Positions 54,401 to 61,770 of a DNA stretch of 64,000 nucleotides are shown here, piece after piece. Under the pieces are notes generated by a model, which did no database searches, had not been told where the DNA came from, and saw only the letters and a list, made by a program, of their open reading frames with translations. Source of the stretch: Halobacteriales archaeon QS_8_69_26 (lineage in GTDB: Archaea; Halobacteriota; Halobacteria; Halobacteriales; SW-7-71-33); NCBI GenBank assembly GCA_003023195.1, contig PXRX01000043.1, forward strand, positions 16,643 through 80,642, given 5' to 3'. The translations under genes were made by a program, and so were the position numbers. Numbering within the stretch: the stretch's first letter is position 1; the number at the start of each line of letters is the position of its first letter.

Positions 54401-54978
54401 ACGGTTTCGCTGGAGGACTCCTGGTAGGTGCCGTTCAGCGTCCCGAGGGTGATCCGGCGGCCGTCGACCACCCGCTGTTCGGACTGGAGCAGGGTCTTGT
54501 CGTCCTGGACGTCGTAGACGACGGTGTTCTCGTAGACGCTCACCGGCCCCGACTGGTACTCGTAGTAGGTCGGCCGGTAGGCCAGGCCCCTGGTGGTGTA
54601 GGTGCGGTTCGTCCCGTTCCAGAAGTCGCCGACCTCGCCGGTGGCCCTCGCGTTCTCGACGACGACCGTCCCCGGCGGTCCGGTCCGCAACTCCCCGGTC
54701 GGTCGTGGCGGGTTGCGGAAGATGGTTCGCTCGGGGTAGCTGGTGCCCAGCGTCACCGACACGGACGTCCCCTCCCCGCCACCCGGAACGGAGACGACCC
54801 CGTTGCGGAGGTCCTGCATCTCCCCGCGCACCTGCTGGTTGTGGTTGTACTCCACCTCCGCGTTCTGCGCCGGCACCACCTGCGCCTGGTAGGCCGCGAT
54901 GGCGAGAACCACGAACGCCAGGAGGATGACCACCCCTATCTGAACGGCCGCCCCCCGATCGTCCTCCCGAAAGTTCAT
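51421..54978 (-). CDS. large surface protein: type-IV-pilin-like (class III) signal/anchor, Ig-like domains and two PKD domains
   Basis: Start set at the ATG (cat 54976-54978), giving MNFREDDRGAAVQIGVVILLAFVVLAIAAYQAQVVP (charged stretch, RG/A, ~22 hydrophobic residues). A Big_1-like segment (VTLVAEVRDRFNNPVAGELVNASVVSGPGTVSP...DADGRVAFDY) follows. Two PKD units are present (SGSSDPDGDSLNYSWTFDDGTSDSG..YTVTLTVDDG and SNSGDRDGVIVSYDWEFGDGTTATG..YTVELTVTDN), then further Ig-like modules. There is no C-terminal anchor. Confidence 0.8.
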   Translation of the reverse strand: MNFREDDRGAAVQIGVVILLAFVVLAIAAYQAQVVPAQNAEVEYNHNQQVRGEMQDLRNGVVSVPGGGEGTSVSVTLGTSYPERTIFRNPPRPTGELRTGPPGTVVVENARATGEVGDFWNGTNRTYTTRGLAYRPTYYEYQSGPVSVYENTVVYDVQDDKTLLQSEQRVVDGRRITLGTLNGTYQESSSETVSVDLRDVSTSDNVVTVRNASDDPITITLPTRLSEDDWRELLEEEFVSEGGHVKSVSSTDVPSEPFNLVHIRLEAGVEYSLQMAKVGVGSGVTEPESTYLTEVEGDGETVTTGTNVTLVAEVRDRFNNPVAGELVNASVVSGPGTVSPANATSDADGRVAFDYRATSAGTATVQAWFGTDPNGSDRRHVNFTVNVQPAAGGSYSIAWDSPRQTDDNGAMVGTCNGNQCTWDAGADSDGVLDLRAATAPSTSGVSANFNLDDTSVASVTPSTNTTNGAGEVWTTLTPKANGTVNVTVRSGTSVDVIQITVQNVPPGNSPPTASFSTNESTVLTLEDIEFNASGSSDPDGDSLNYSWTFDDGTSDSGQVVVHDYADDGTYTVTLTVDDGSATDSTTKTITVNNRDPTARFDYSPSNPATGETVTFDASNSGDRDGVIVSYDWEFGDGTTATGEVVSHSYASPGNYTVELTVTDNDTAKDTTTEVVSVGSSDTGPPSVTDASITNAPINYSDAGNTQVVTVTFNESMDQSVDPTVKITDLPESNDVTVSGTYVDGTTWEGTVDLPRNSDESNATIHVEGAEDDAGNLQTPNPDTSNQFYVDTKRPQDPDEARILTSPINISNQNDVTAEVDLPSPRESGTVYLRLTGPDGNTVVVSQAVDTGSYTQVFQNIDVSSLSDGVDAIKPEARVVDDYGNENPSGYTASANNRTKDTVAPAISNFTLTNPSGTDLEVEFASDEALADILVEITDGDGNTVARLTRADFNEDVSGGEYTYTATTTTGSTGQFTATLLEAKDAVGNEGASGQSDTAWIVVRTYVSEFDDDECGTCGGPDEPNENSSLTPDNAEGNVNDFADYQVADDNFGWLDEVNYGGPGVGNSEWNVSVGVATYGIPSGTNQTVEIRYRTNMNTERGPDPNNEDYVVTVVYPNGTPITGNTYTLPATDGSIETASFRLSPEERAYVNRTGNLYLVFEDADPDDGRATLYDIFHVRVATSDD

Positions 54979-55079
54979 TGCGGCGCGGTAAGCGCGAGAG
55001 CCGTAAAACGCTTGTTGCCGACGCCGACGGCTCGGGTAAGCCCTCCTTACCGAGCATGGGCCGGGGAGTCCGACCCTTC

Positions 55080-55136
55080 CGTCCGTCAAAAGGCTCTGCT
55101 CCGGATTTCTCGTCCGTCAGAAGGCACCGCTCTGGA
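55080..55136. promoter_or_regulatory. two 26-bp direct repeats ~100-160 nt upstream of the large surface-protein gene
   Basis: cgtccgtcaaaaggctctgctccgga lies at 55080-55105 and cgtccgtcagaaggcaccgctctgga at 55111-55136. A TATA-like gttttac (complement of 54998-55007) sits about 25 nt upstream of the ATG. Confidence 0.35.
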
Positions 55137-55239
55137 ACCCGCGCTGGATCGTCACGGATCGGTCACCGCTGGATCGCGCAGGCCGAAGTTAGTACCGTTC
55201 CGCGGCCTCCGGTGGACTGGGCGCGCTACGGCGAGGGGG

Positions 55240-55668
55240 TCACTCGGCGTGACGGTCGATAAGCCGGAGCAGGGACTCCTTCCGTTGCATCCCGACCAAC
55301 CGTTCGACCGGGTCGCCGTCCGCGAACAGGACCAGCGTCGGGACGCCACGGACGCCGTACTCCGCGGCGAGACGCTGGTGCTCGTCGACGTCCACCTTCG
55401 CCACCGTGGCCGGAGACTCGGCGGCCACGTCCGCCAGGACCGGTTCGAGCGCCTGGCAGGGCCCACACCAGTCCGCGTAGAAGTCCGCGAGGACGACGTC
55501 GCCGGACCCGACGAGATCCGAGAGGTGGTCGGGCCCCTCGACGTGGACCGGTTCGTCGCCGTCCGGGGACGCGGTGCCCCCGGCGTCTCCCTCGCCGTCG
55601 CCGGGTTCGTCGATCATCTCCGCTATCTTCTCCTGTCGGATCCGTTCGAGTTCGTCCGGGTCGGCCAT
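55240..55668 (-). CDS. trxA: thioredoxin
   Basis: 142 aa with a WCGPC active site in ADFYADWCGPCQALEPV. It also has an acidic ~45-aa N-terminal extension. Confidence 0.9.
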   Translation of the reverse strand: MADPDELERIRQEKIAEMIDEPGDGEGDAGGTASPDGDEPVHVEGPDHLSDLVGSGDVVLADFYADWCGPCQALEPVLADVAAESPATVAKVDVDEHQRLAAEYGVRGVPTLVLFADGDPVERLVGMQRKESLLRLIDRHAE

Positions 55669-55785
55669 ATTCCCACTAACATTTCCACGGCCATAACGGA
55701 ACGGGAGGAGTGCGGGCGACGTGGACGACCGATCCCGGGCGGGCTTGCCGGTACCGCGGTTTCCGACGCGCCGGGTGGCCCCGTC

Positions 55786-56751
55786 TCACTCCAGCGGTTC
55801 GGCCACCCGGACCAGCGCCTGGCCGGCGGTGACCGTCGCCTCCCGCGTCAGCGTGTAGAGGATCCCGGCACGGTCCGTGCGGACTTCCTGGAGGACCTCG
55901 TAGGTCGTCGGGTCGTGGAGGGTCCCGACGTGTTCGTCCGCCCCGACAGACTCCCCGACCGTCCGGTCGGGGTCGGCCCGGAACAGGCCGGAGTCGGCCG
56001 CGCTCACGCGCCCCAGGTGGTTTGTCGCCTTCCGGCGCGCGCCGTTGTCGACGACGTCCCCCGGCAGCATCCCCCGGTCCCGGAGCACGTTCAGGAACCC
56101 CGTGACGCCCGTCCGGATCGCCGGTTCGACGAGTTGTTTGTTGTGGGCGAGTTCCGGCGTTATCGAGGGGACATCCGCGTCCGTCGCGGCGACCCTGAGC
56201 TTCCCCGAGAAGTCCCGGTCGTGCCACTCCTCGTCGGCGTCGTCGCCGGCGGCCTCCGCGAGGAGCAGGTCGGTCCCGAACGCCTCCGCCAGCGCCCGCG
56301 ACCGGTCGTCGTCGCGGCGGTAGACGACGTGGGTCGCCATGTCCGGGCTCCCGGTGTGGAGGTCGACGATGGCGTCGGCCTCGCCCGCGTACGTCCAGAG
56401 GCGGTCGGCCATCCGCTCGTGGATCGACCCCTCGGGGTCGCCCGGCCAGACGCGGTTCATGTTGTCGTTGACGCTGTCCAGGGCCTCCGGCGTGGTGTAG
56501 GACACCCGGTCGAAGGTCAGCGGATCCGCGACCGGCACCGCGACCACCCGCCCCGGCAGCTCGGTGGGATCGATCCGGTCGTGGACCCGGCGCAGGACCT
56601 CGGTCCCGTTCACCTCCCGGCCGTGCTGGGCCGCCTGGACGTACACCGTCGGGCCGTCCTCGCTTCCCTCGTAGGTGTGGACCGTCGTCTCGATGGCGAC
56701 CCCCGACGGGAGCCGTGCCAGCGTGACCCGCTCGGCGGTGTGTCCGGTCAT
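55786..56751 (-). CDS. succinylglutamate desuccinylase / aspartoacylase (AstE/AspA, M14-like) family protein
   Basis: 321 aa. It contains PTVYVQAAQHGREVNG (Zn ligands H..E), VDLHTG (third His) and a C-terminal beta domain. Confidence 0.75.
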   Translation of the reverse strand: MTGHTAERVTLARLPSGVAIETTVHTYEGSEDGPTVYVQAAQHGREVNGTEVLRRVHDRIDPTELPGRVVAVPVADPLTFDRVSYTTPEALDSVNDNMNRVWPGDPEGSIHERMADRLWTYAGEADAIVDLHTGSPDMATHVVYRRDDDRSRALAEAFGTDLLLAEAAGDDADEEWHDRDFSGKLRVAATDADVPSITPELAHNKQLVEPAIRTGVTGFLNVLRDRGMLPGDVVDNGARRKATNHLGRVSAADSGLFRADPDRTVGESVGADEHVGTLHDPTTYEVLQEVRTDRAGILYTLTREATVTAGQALVRVAEPLE

Positions 56752-56907
56752 GGACCGATCCTCGGCCCCAGGGGTATCAAGGCTGTCGGGTGCGGGACCC
56801 GTCCGTGGGGTCGGTGTGGTGTCGGTCCGGAGTCGAACCGTCGAGAGAGACGATGGGTTCGCCGGGTGGCGAAGGAATAACGACCGGTTATCGATGGTCC
56901 GCGGCGA

Positions 56908-57801
56908 TCACCAGAACTTGAGACTCTCCTTGACGGCCTCGCGCTTGAGTTCCTGGATGTGCTCGGTGAGCGGGATGTCCTTCGGGCAGACCTCGGTGCA
57001 GGAGAACTGGGTCTGGCACCGCCAGACGCCGTGTTCGTCGGCGAGGACGTTCATGCGGTGTTCCTTGACCTCGTCCTCCTCGCGTTCGTCCATCGCGAAG
57101 CGGTAGGCCTTGTTGATGGCGGCGGGGCCGAGGTACTGGTTGTCGCCGGCCGCGATGTTACAGGAGGACATGCAGGCCGCACACCAGATACACCGGGTGG
57201 ACATCTTTATCTTCTCGCGGTTCTCGCGGCTCTGGCGCTGCTCCTCCAGGTCCTCCACCTCGGGAGTGTCGATGGCCTGGAAGTACGGTTCGACGGCTTC
57301 CATCTGGTCGTAGAAGTGCTCCATGTCGACGACCAGGTCCTTGACGACCTCCTGGTGGGGGAGGGGTTCGATCCGCACCGGCTCGTCGAGTTCGTTCAAC
57401 TGCGTCTTGCAACAGAGCGTCTGGCGGCCGTTGACGAACATCGCGTCCGAGCCACAGACGGCCTGCTGGCAGGAGTGCCGGAAGGTGAGCGACGGGTCGT
57501 AGTGGTCGCGGGCGTAGATGAGGGCGTCCAGCACCGTCATCCCCTGTTCGTAGGGGACGTGGAAGTCGTCGAAGTAGGGGTCGCCCTTGCCGTCGACGTC
57601 CGGGTCGTACCGGAACACCCGGAGGTGGTAGGTTTCCTCGTCCTCCGCGACCCGGTCGCGTTTCTCGCGGGTTCGCGCCCGCTCCTCGGCGCGGCGGGCC
57701 TTCTCGGCCATCCGGCGCTGCTGGTGTTCGGACTCCGGTTCGGCTTCCTCGGCCTCCTCGGCGGGTTGTTCGGTCTCGGCGTCCTGTGGTTGCGTGCTCA
57801 T
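56908..57801 (-). CDS. sdhB: succinate dehydrogenase iron-sulfur subunit
   Basis: Track ORF trimmed to the ATG (cat 57799-57801). The Cys clusters are RHSCQQAVCGSDAMFVNGRQTLCC, CIWCAACMSSC and CQTQFSCTEVCP. There is a charged ~50-aa N-terminal extension. Confidence 0.9.
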   Translation of the reverse strand: MSTQPQDAETEQPAEEAEEAEPESEHQQRRMAEKARRAEERARTREKRDRVAEDEETYHLRVFRYDPDVDGKGDPYFDDFHVPYEQGMTVLDALIYARDHYDPSLTFRHSCQQAVCGSDAMFVNGRQTLCCKTQLNELDEPVRIEPLPHQEVVKDLVVDMEHFYDQMEAVEPYFQAIDTPEVEDLEEQRQSRENREKIKMSTRCIWCAACMSSCNIAAGDNQYLGPAAINKAYRFAMDEREEDEVKEHRMNVLADEHGVWRCQTQFSCTEVCPKDIPLTEHIQELKREAVKESLKFW

Positions 57802-57824
57802 GTGTTGTGGAGTAGGTTGACGGC

Positions 57825-58190
57825 TCAGATCAGCGTGCTCATCGCCATCGCCACGCGGGTTCCCTGCACGATCAGTAGCAGTCCGGCGACCCCGAGCACC
57901 ACTTGCACCACGCGTTTCGTGGTGCCCGTGAGCCCCTGGTTGATCAGCGCGTTGTAGACGCCGTTGACGCCGTGGAACGTCGCGGTCACCAGGAACAGCC
58001 ACATCGTCGCGAAGTAGCCGACGTCGCTCATCCGGGCCTCGGTGCCGGCGAAGGTCACCTCGTAGGCGTGGTTGAGGAAGTGCAGGTTGAAGAAGTGGAA
58101 GGCCAGCACCACGACGAGGAACGCGGCGGTCACCCGCTGGAGGAACCAGCCGGTCCCACCGCGCTCGAACGAGCGGTACTCCTCGGCCAT
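57825..58190 (-). CDS. sdhD: succinate dehydrogenase membrane subunit D
   Basis: From the ATG (cat 58188-58190) the product is [38 protein letters not shown]..., with three TM helices. It abuts the sdhC stop. Confidence 0.8.
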   Translation of the reverse strand: MAEEYRSFERGGTGWFLQRVTAAFLVVVLAFHFFNLHFLNHAYEVTFAGTEARMSDVGYFATMWLFLVTATFHGVNGVYNALINQGLTGTTKRVVQVVLGVAGLLLIVQGTRVAMAMSTLI

Positions 58191-58591
58191 CACGCACCAC
58201 CTCCCAGGCCCGAGAGGAACGTGGGGACGCTCGCGACCACGATGGCACCGGTGATCACCAGCGAGGCGTAGAAGCTCCGGTCCTGTGCCTCGAGCCCGAT
58301 CCCCAGGTCGACCATCAGCAGGCGGATCCCGTTGAGGATGTGGAAGACGGCCGCCGCGAGGAGGCCGACCTCCATGACCCGCACGACGAACAGTCCCTCG
58401 AGGGTCTGGATCGTCTCTGTGTAGACGGCGCCGCCCTGCATGGCGGAACTCAGCACGGCGATGTGGGTGAACAGGTAGCCCACCAGCACCCAGCCGGTGA
58501 ACTTGTGCAGGATCCAGGCCCACATGCCGGCCGAGAACTCCGTCCATCGCCCGAAGTCCTCGACGGCGCCCCGGTCGTACGACTGACTCAT
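58190..58591 (-). CDS. sdhC: succinate dehydrogenase cytochrome b subunit C
   Basis: 133 aa: [44 protein letters not shown]..., with three TM helices and conserved His residues. Confidence 0.85.
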   Translation of the reverse strand: MSQSYDRGAVEDFGRWTEFSAGMWAWILHKFTGWVLVGYLFTHIAVLSSAMQGGAVYTETIQTLEGLFVVRVMEVGLLAAAVFHILNGIRLLMVDLGIGLEAQDRSFYASLVITGAIVVASVPTFLSGLGGGA

Positions 58592-58780
58592 GGACGCCGG
58601 GAACTCGGACCGCCGCCGGTAAAGTAGTTTCTACCGCGGTAGCGGCACCGCTCGCCGGACCTCCCCGGCTCGCAGTGGCGTCCGCCCTCCAGCCCTCCGG
58701 ATCGCCGGGGAGTCCAACGTCCCACCCGCCGGATCGACGGACATACGTCCCCACGGACACGACCGGATCCCGAGGAAGCC

Positions 58781-58960
58781 ATGGAGGACCGGACCCGGCG
58801 GTACGCGTGCCTGGCGATCGGAGTGGGACTCATCCTGACGGGGACCTTCGCGACCGGCCTGCTCCCCTCGACGACGCTCTACCAGGTGTTCGCAGGGGGG
58901 ATCATCGTCCTCGGGTTCGCCGTCGTCTGGGCCTGTCTCGGGAGCCTCGACGTCGAGTAG
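58781..58960 (+). CDS. 59-aa two-helix membrane protein (below the ORF-track length cut-off)
   Basis: My own translation is MEDRTRRYACLAIGVGLILTGTFATGLLPSTTLYQVFAGGIIVLGFAVVWACLGSLDVE*. Third positions are almost all G/C. The gene is divergent from sdhC. Confidence 0.5.
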   Translation: MEDRTRRYACLAIGVGLILTGTFATGLLPSTTLYQVFAGGIIVLGFAVVWACLGSLDVE

Positions 58961-59060
58961 TCCTTCCCGGCGCGTACGACTCCGAGTGCTCACTGCCGCC
59001 ACCCGGGTGCGGTCCGGGAACGTGGGGTTTTACCGTGGCGCGCTCGTCCGTCGAGAGGAG

Positions 59061-59210
59061 ATGCGCGAGGCGACGATCCGGATCCCCGACGGGGCGCTGG
59101 AGGAACTCGGGATCGACCCCTCGACAGTGCGGGAGCACCGCCAGCGTGCCCAGCGAAACCTCGTCGGCGGGGTGCTGGCGTCGGATCGGGGGCGATCGGG
59201 GGACGGGTAA
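59061..59210 (+). CDS. possible 49-aa remnant or mini-protein resembling the C-terminal half of a bat-type HTH_10 domain
   Basis: The product MREATIRIPDGALEELGIDPSTVREHRQRAQRNLVGGVLASDRGRSGDG* contains LGIxxSTVxEHxRxAxxxL, the recognition-helix pattern of halobacterial HTH_10 regulators. GC3 is high, but the first half of the domain is missing. Confidence 0.3.
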   Translation: MREATIRIPDGALEELGIDPSTVREHRQRAQRNLVGGVLASDRGRSGDG

Positions 59211-59308
59211 ACTGGTATCGGGTCAGGGGCGATCGAGCGGCGGGTAAAAACCTCCCCACGCACGTGGGAGATAGGCCCAGTGTCGCCCCGCTCCTCCGTC
59301 TAGGTGGG

Positions 59309-59938
59309 ATGAGCGACAAACGACCCGCCGCCGACCGCATCGACGAGGAGTTCGCCAGCCACGTCCAGCGCGCCTTCGGCTTCGACGAACCGCCCGGGAC
59401 CTACGGGGAGTTCTGGGAGGAGATGACGACGACGTTCGCGACTGCCCTGGACCGCGACGTCAGTCTCGACGACCTCTGTACGACCGACGAGTCGCCGCAC
59501 TGGGCCTCGGTGGACGGCGAGCGCCAGTACTACCAGTGCGTGACCGACGCGTTCGTGGTCGGTGCGACCCTCGACGACCCCGTGACCGTCCGGACCGTCT
59601 CCCCGGTGAGCGGGACCGAGATAGTCGTCGAGTTCGACAGGGACGGCGTCGTCTCCGCACCCGAGGATGCCGTCCTCTCGTTCGGCGTGGAGCGGTCCGT
59701 CGAGCGACCCGACGGGCCGATCACCCCACAGAAGATGTACGGCCGGTTCTGTCCGTACAACGAGGCGTTCGCCTCCCCCGAAGAGTACGAGGAGTGGGCG
59801 GCCGACAACCCGGATGTCGTCTCCGACGACAAGTCCCTCGGTCGCTCGCTCGATACGCTGGCGCGGGTCGTCCCCGACGCCGGCTTGGCCGACGACGGCG
59901 AACTTTCCCAAGAGTCGGGCCGGGGCTGTGGCTGCTGA
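59309..59938 (+). CDS. alkylmercury-lyase (MerB)-like family protein
   Basis: Starts at ATG 59309 (MSDKRPAADRIDEEF...). RQYYQCVTDAFVVGATL...VRTVSPVSGTEIVVEF...MYGRFCPYNEAFASPEEYEEWAA aligns by eye with the MerB blocks YAWCALDTLIFP...V.S.C..TG..V.L.V...FCCHVHFFAS...W. The Cys/Asp and second Cys are conserved. The protein ends GRGCGC. Confidence 0.6.
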   Translation: MSDKRPAADRIDEEFASHVQRAFGFDEPPGTYGEFWEEMTTTFATALDRDVSLDDLCTTDESPHWASVDGERQYYQCVTDAFVVGATLDDPVTVRTVSPVSGTEIVVEFDRDGVVSAPEDAVLSFGVERSVERPDGPITPQKMYGRFCPYNEAFASPEEYEEWAADNPDVVSDDKSLGRSLDTLARVVPDAGLADDGELSQESGRGCGC

Positions 59939-60430
59939 GGACCCCGTCTGCGTGGTCCTCCGGGAGTTCCGTCCCACCGTCGCGGCCGGAGTCACCCGCC
60001 AACCGACTGACTCCCTCACTCCCCGCTGACCCCCCGAACTGCTCCGCCCCGCTGGACACTTCCGGCCCTGCATGGCTCGTACTACACCAGTCGGAATCAC
60101 CCGCAGTGACGCCGGAACCAGGCCCGTTCGCCGACCGGCGACTCTCCCCCCTCCAGGTCGACCCGGTCGTCCCGTGGTCCGCTGGCGACGACCAGCGATC
60201 TCGGCCTGGCGGGTTCCGGACGTTTTTTCTCCTTCCGGGACGGGTCCCGACGACCACCGGAGAGTAAGACGATCCTATACGCAACGGAAGGCGGTTCGGC
60301 CGGGCCCACCCCGCCTCCGCCACCGTGTTCGGTTGCGGATCGGTCCGTATCGACCGGCGAGAAGCCGCGGTCCTCGCTGCCCCCGACGCGGTGCATGAGC
60401 GGGCGTGACGCCGTCACGGTAGCAACGGGG

Positions 60431-60470
60431 TACCGATAATAGGTAAAAACTTACATTACTGTCACTTGTG
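60431..60470 (+). promoter_or_regulatory. AT-rich promoter region of the rhodopsin gene
   Basis: taccgataataggtaaaaacttacattactgtcacttgtg is by far the most AT-rich stretch for hundreds of bp. It ends ~17 nt before the ATG at 60487, consistent with a TATA box and a very short leader. Confidence 0.45.
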
Positions 60471-60486
60471 GACGATCGGGTGTACC

Positions 60487-61278
60487 ATGCCAACACCAGG
60501 CGACGAGGGGATATGGCTCTGGATCGGCACGGCCGGAATGCTCCTGGGAATGCTGTACTTCATCGCCCGTGGCTGGGGCGACGAGGACGAACGACGCCAG
60601 GAGTTCTACATCGTCACGATATTCATCACGGCCATCGCGTTCGTGAACTACCTCGCGATGGCGCTGGGGTTCGGCCTCACGACGGTCGAGGTCGGCGGGG
60701 AGGAACTCCCCATCTACTGGGCCCGGTACACCGACTGGTTCTTCACGACGCCGCTGCTGCTGATCGACCTGGGCCTGCTCGCCGGCGCGAACCGGAACCA
60801 GCTCTCGGCCCTCGTCGGCATCGACATGCTGATGATCGCGACCGGCGCCCTGGCGACCCTGTCGGGCGGCGAGGGACCACTGGACGCGGGCACCCGCCGA
60901 CTCATCTGGTGGGGGGTCAGCACGGGGCTGTTGCTCGTGCTGCTGTACTTCCTGTACGGTGCGCTCGGGCGGCAGGTACGGCAACTGAGCGGTGACGTGC
61001 AGTCGAAGTTCGGCACCTTGCGCACGCTCATCGTAGTCGTGTGGCTGGTCTACCCGGTCTGGTGGCTGCTCGGCACGGAGGGGTTCGAAATCATCGGGCT
61101 CTACATCGAGACGGCCGGGTTCATGGTCATCGACCTGATCGCCAAGGTCGGGTTCGGGATCATCCTGCTGTCGAGCCGGGAGGTACTCGACGCGGCCGGG
61201 ACCGACCGACCCGAGACCCCGCCAGCGAGGGACGACGCCCCTCCGGAGTCCGATCGGGCGGTCGACCCGGAAGCCTGA
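60487..61278 (+). CDS. bop: bacteriorhodopsin-type light-driven proton pump (cruxrhodopsin-like)
   Basis: From ATG 60487 the product is [30 protein letters not shown]... Helix C is [24 protein letters not shown], giving R82, D85, T89 and D96 equivalents (the DTD motif). Also present are WLVYPVWW (W182/Y185/P186/W189), TEG and IET (E194/E204), and [13 protein letters not shown] (D212/K216 Schiff-base lysine). Confidence 0.9.
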   Translation: MPTPGDEGIWLWIGTAGMLLGMLYFIARGWGDEDERRQEFYIVTIFITAIAFVNYLAMALGFGLTTVEVGGEELPIYWARYTDWFFTTPLLLIDLGLLAGANRNQLSALVGIDMLMIATGALATLSGGEGPLDAGTRRLIWWGVSTGLLLVLLYFLYGALGRQVRQLSGDVQSKFGTLRTLIVVVWLVYPVWWLLGTEGFEIIGLYIETAGFMVIDLIAKVGFGIILLSSREVLDAAGTDRPETPPARDDAPPESDRAVDPEA

Positions 61279-61379
61279 CCGGCCCGGGTCGGACGTCACC
61301 CGGACTGTCGACGGGGCCGGCCCTCGGGGAGGCCGTCCCGGCGGTCAGAGTTCACGGGTCCCTCCGCGCCGGGCCAGGG

Positions 61380-61770
61380 GCCTCGTCAACTGGACTCGGA
61401 GAAGTGCGTAGGCCGGGATCTGAACCCGATGGCGAGACGGTCCTGCTCGCTCGCTGCGCTCGCTTGCAGACTGCGACTCGCGTGGTTCGAATCCAGTACG
61501 CACTTCTCTCTCCGTTGCTGATTCGCGCCGCTCCGCGTTGCTGCGCGGCGCTCATCGACGGACTTCGAGAGAAGTGCGTTGGCCGGGATTTGAACCCGAT
61601 GGCGAGACGGTCCTGCTCGCTCGCTGCGCTCGCTTGCAGGCTGCGACTCGCGTGGTTCGAATCCAGTACGCACTTCTCTCTCCGTAGCTGATTCGCGCCG
61701 CTCCGCGTTGCTGCGCGGCGCTCATCGACGGACTTCGAGAGAAGTGCGTTGGCCGGGATTTGAACCCGGG
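61380..61770. repeat. 170-bp tandem units x2 (plus the partial third unit that is the real tRNA 3' end)
   Basis: The period is measured from gacttcgagagaagtgcgtt at 61561 and 61731, and from the diverged ggactcggagaagtgcgta at 61391. Each unit begins with a copy of the last 24 nt of tRNA-Gly. See findings. Confidence 0.9.

Noticed and set aside
60097-60417. A 106-aa minus-strand ORF in the gap upstream of the rhodopsin gene as a brp/blp-like partner.
   Set aside because: Third-position bias is mixed, the middle is G/R/P-rich and low-complexity, and I see no recognisable motif. It can be revisited if TBLASTN with Brp/Blh/Blp gives a hit.
61399-61520. A second, complete tRNA gene inside each 170-bp unit, suggested by the GGTTCGAATCC T-loop string on the + strand and the tRNA-Gly T arm on the - strand.
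   Set aside because: I could not fold either strand into a canonical cloverleaf. The + strand T stem gives only 3 bp. On the - strand the 5' acceptor strand pairs with only 4 of 7 positions and no anticodon arm is evident. A non-canonical tRNA-like RNA is kept as a possibility in the finding.
61386-61673. ORFs 61386..61673 (-), 61352..61891 (-) and 61041..61691 (+) across the tRNA-linked repeats as protein genes.
   Set aside because: They simply read through the 170-bp repeats and the tRNA fragment. The composition is not protein-like and there is no start context.
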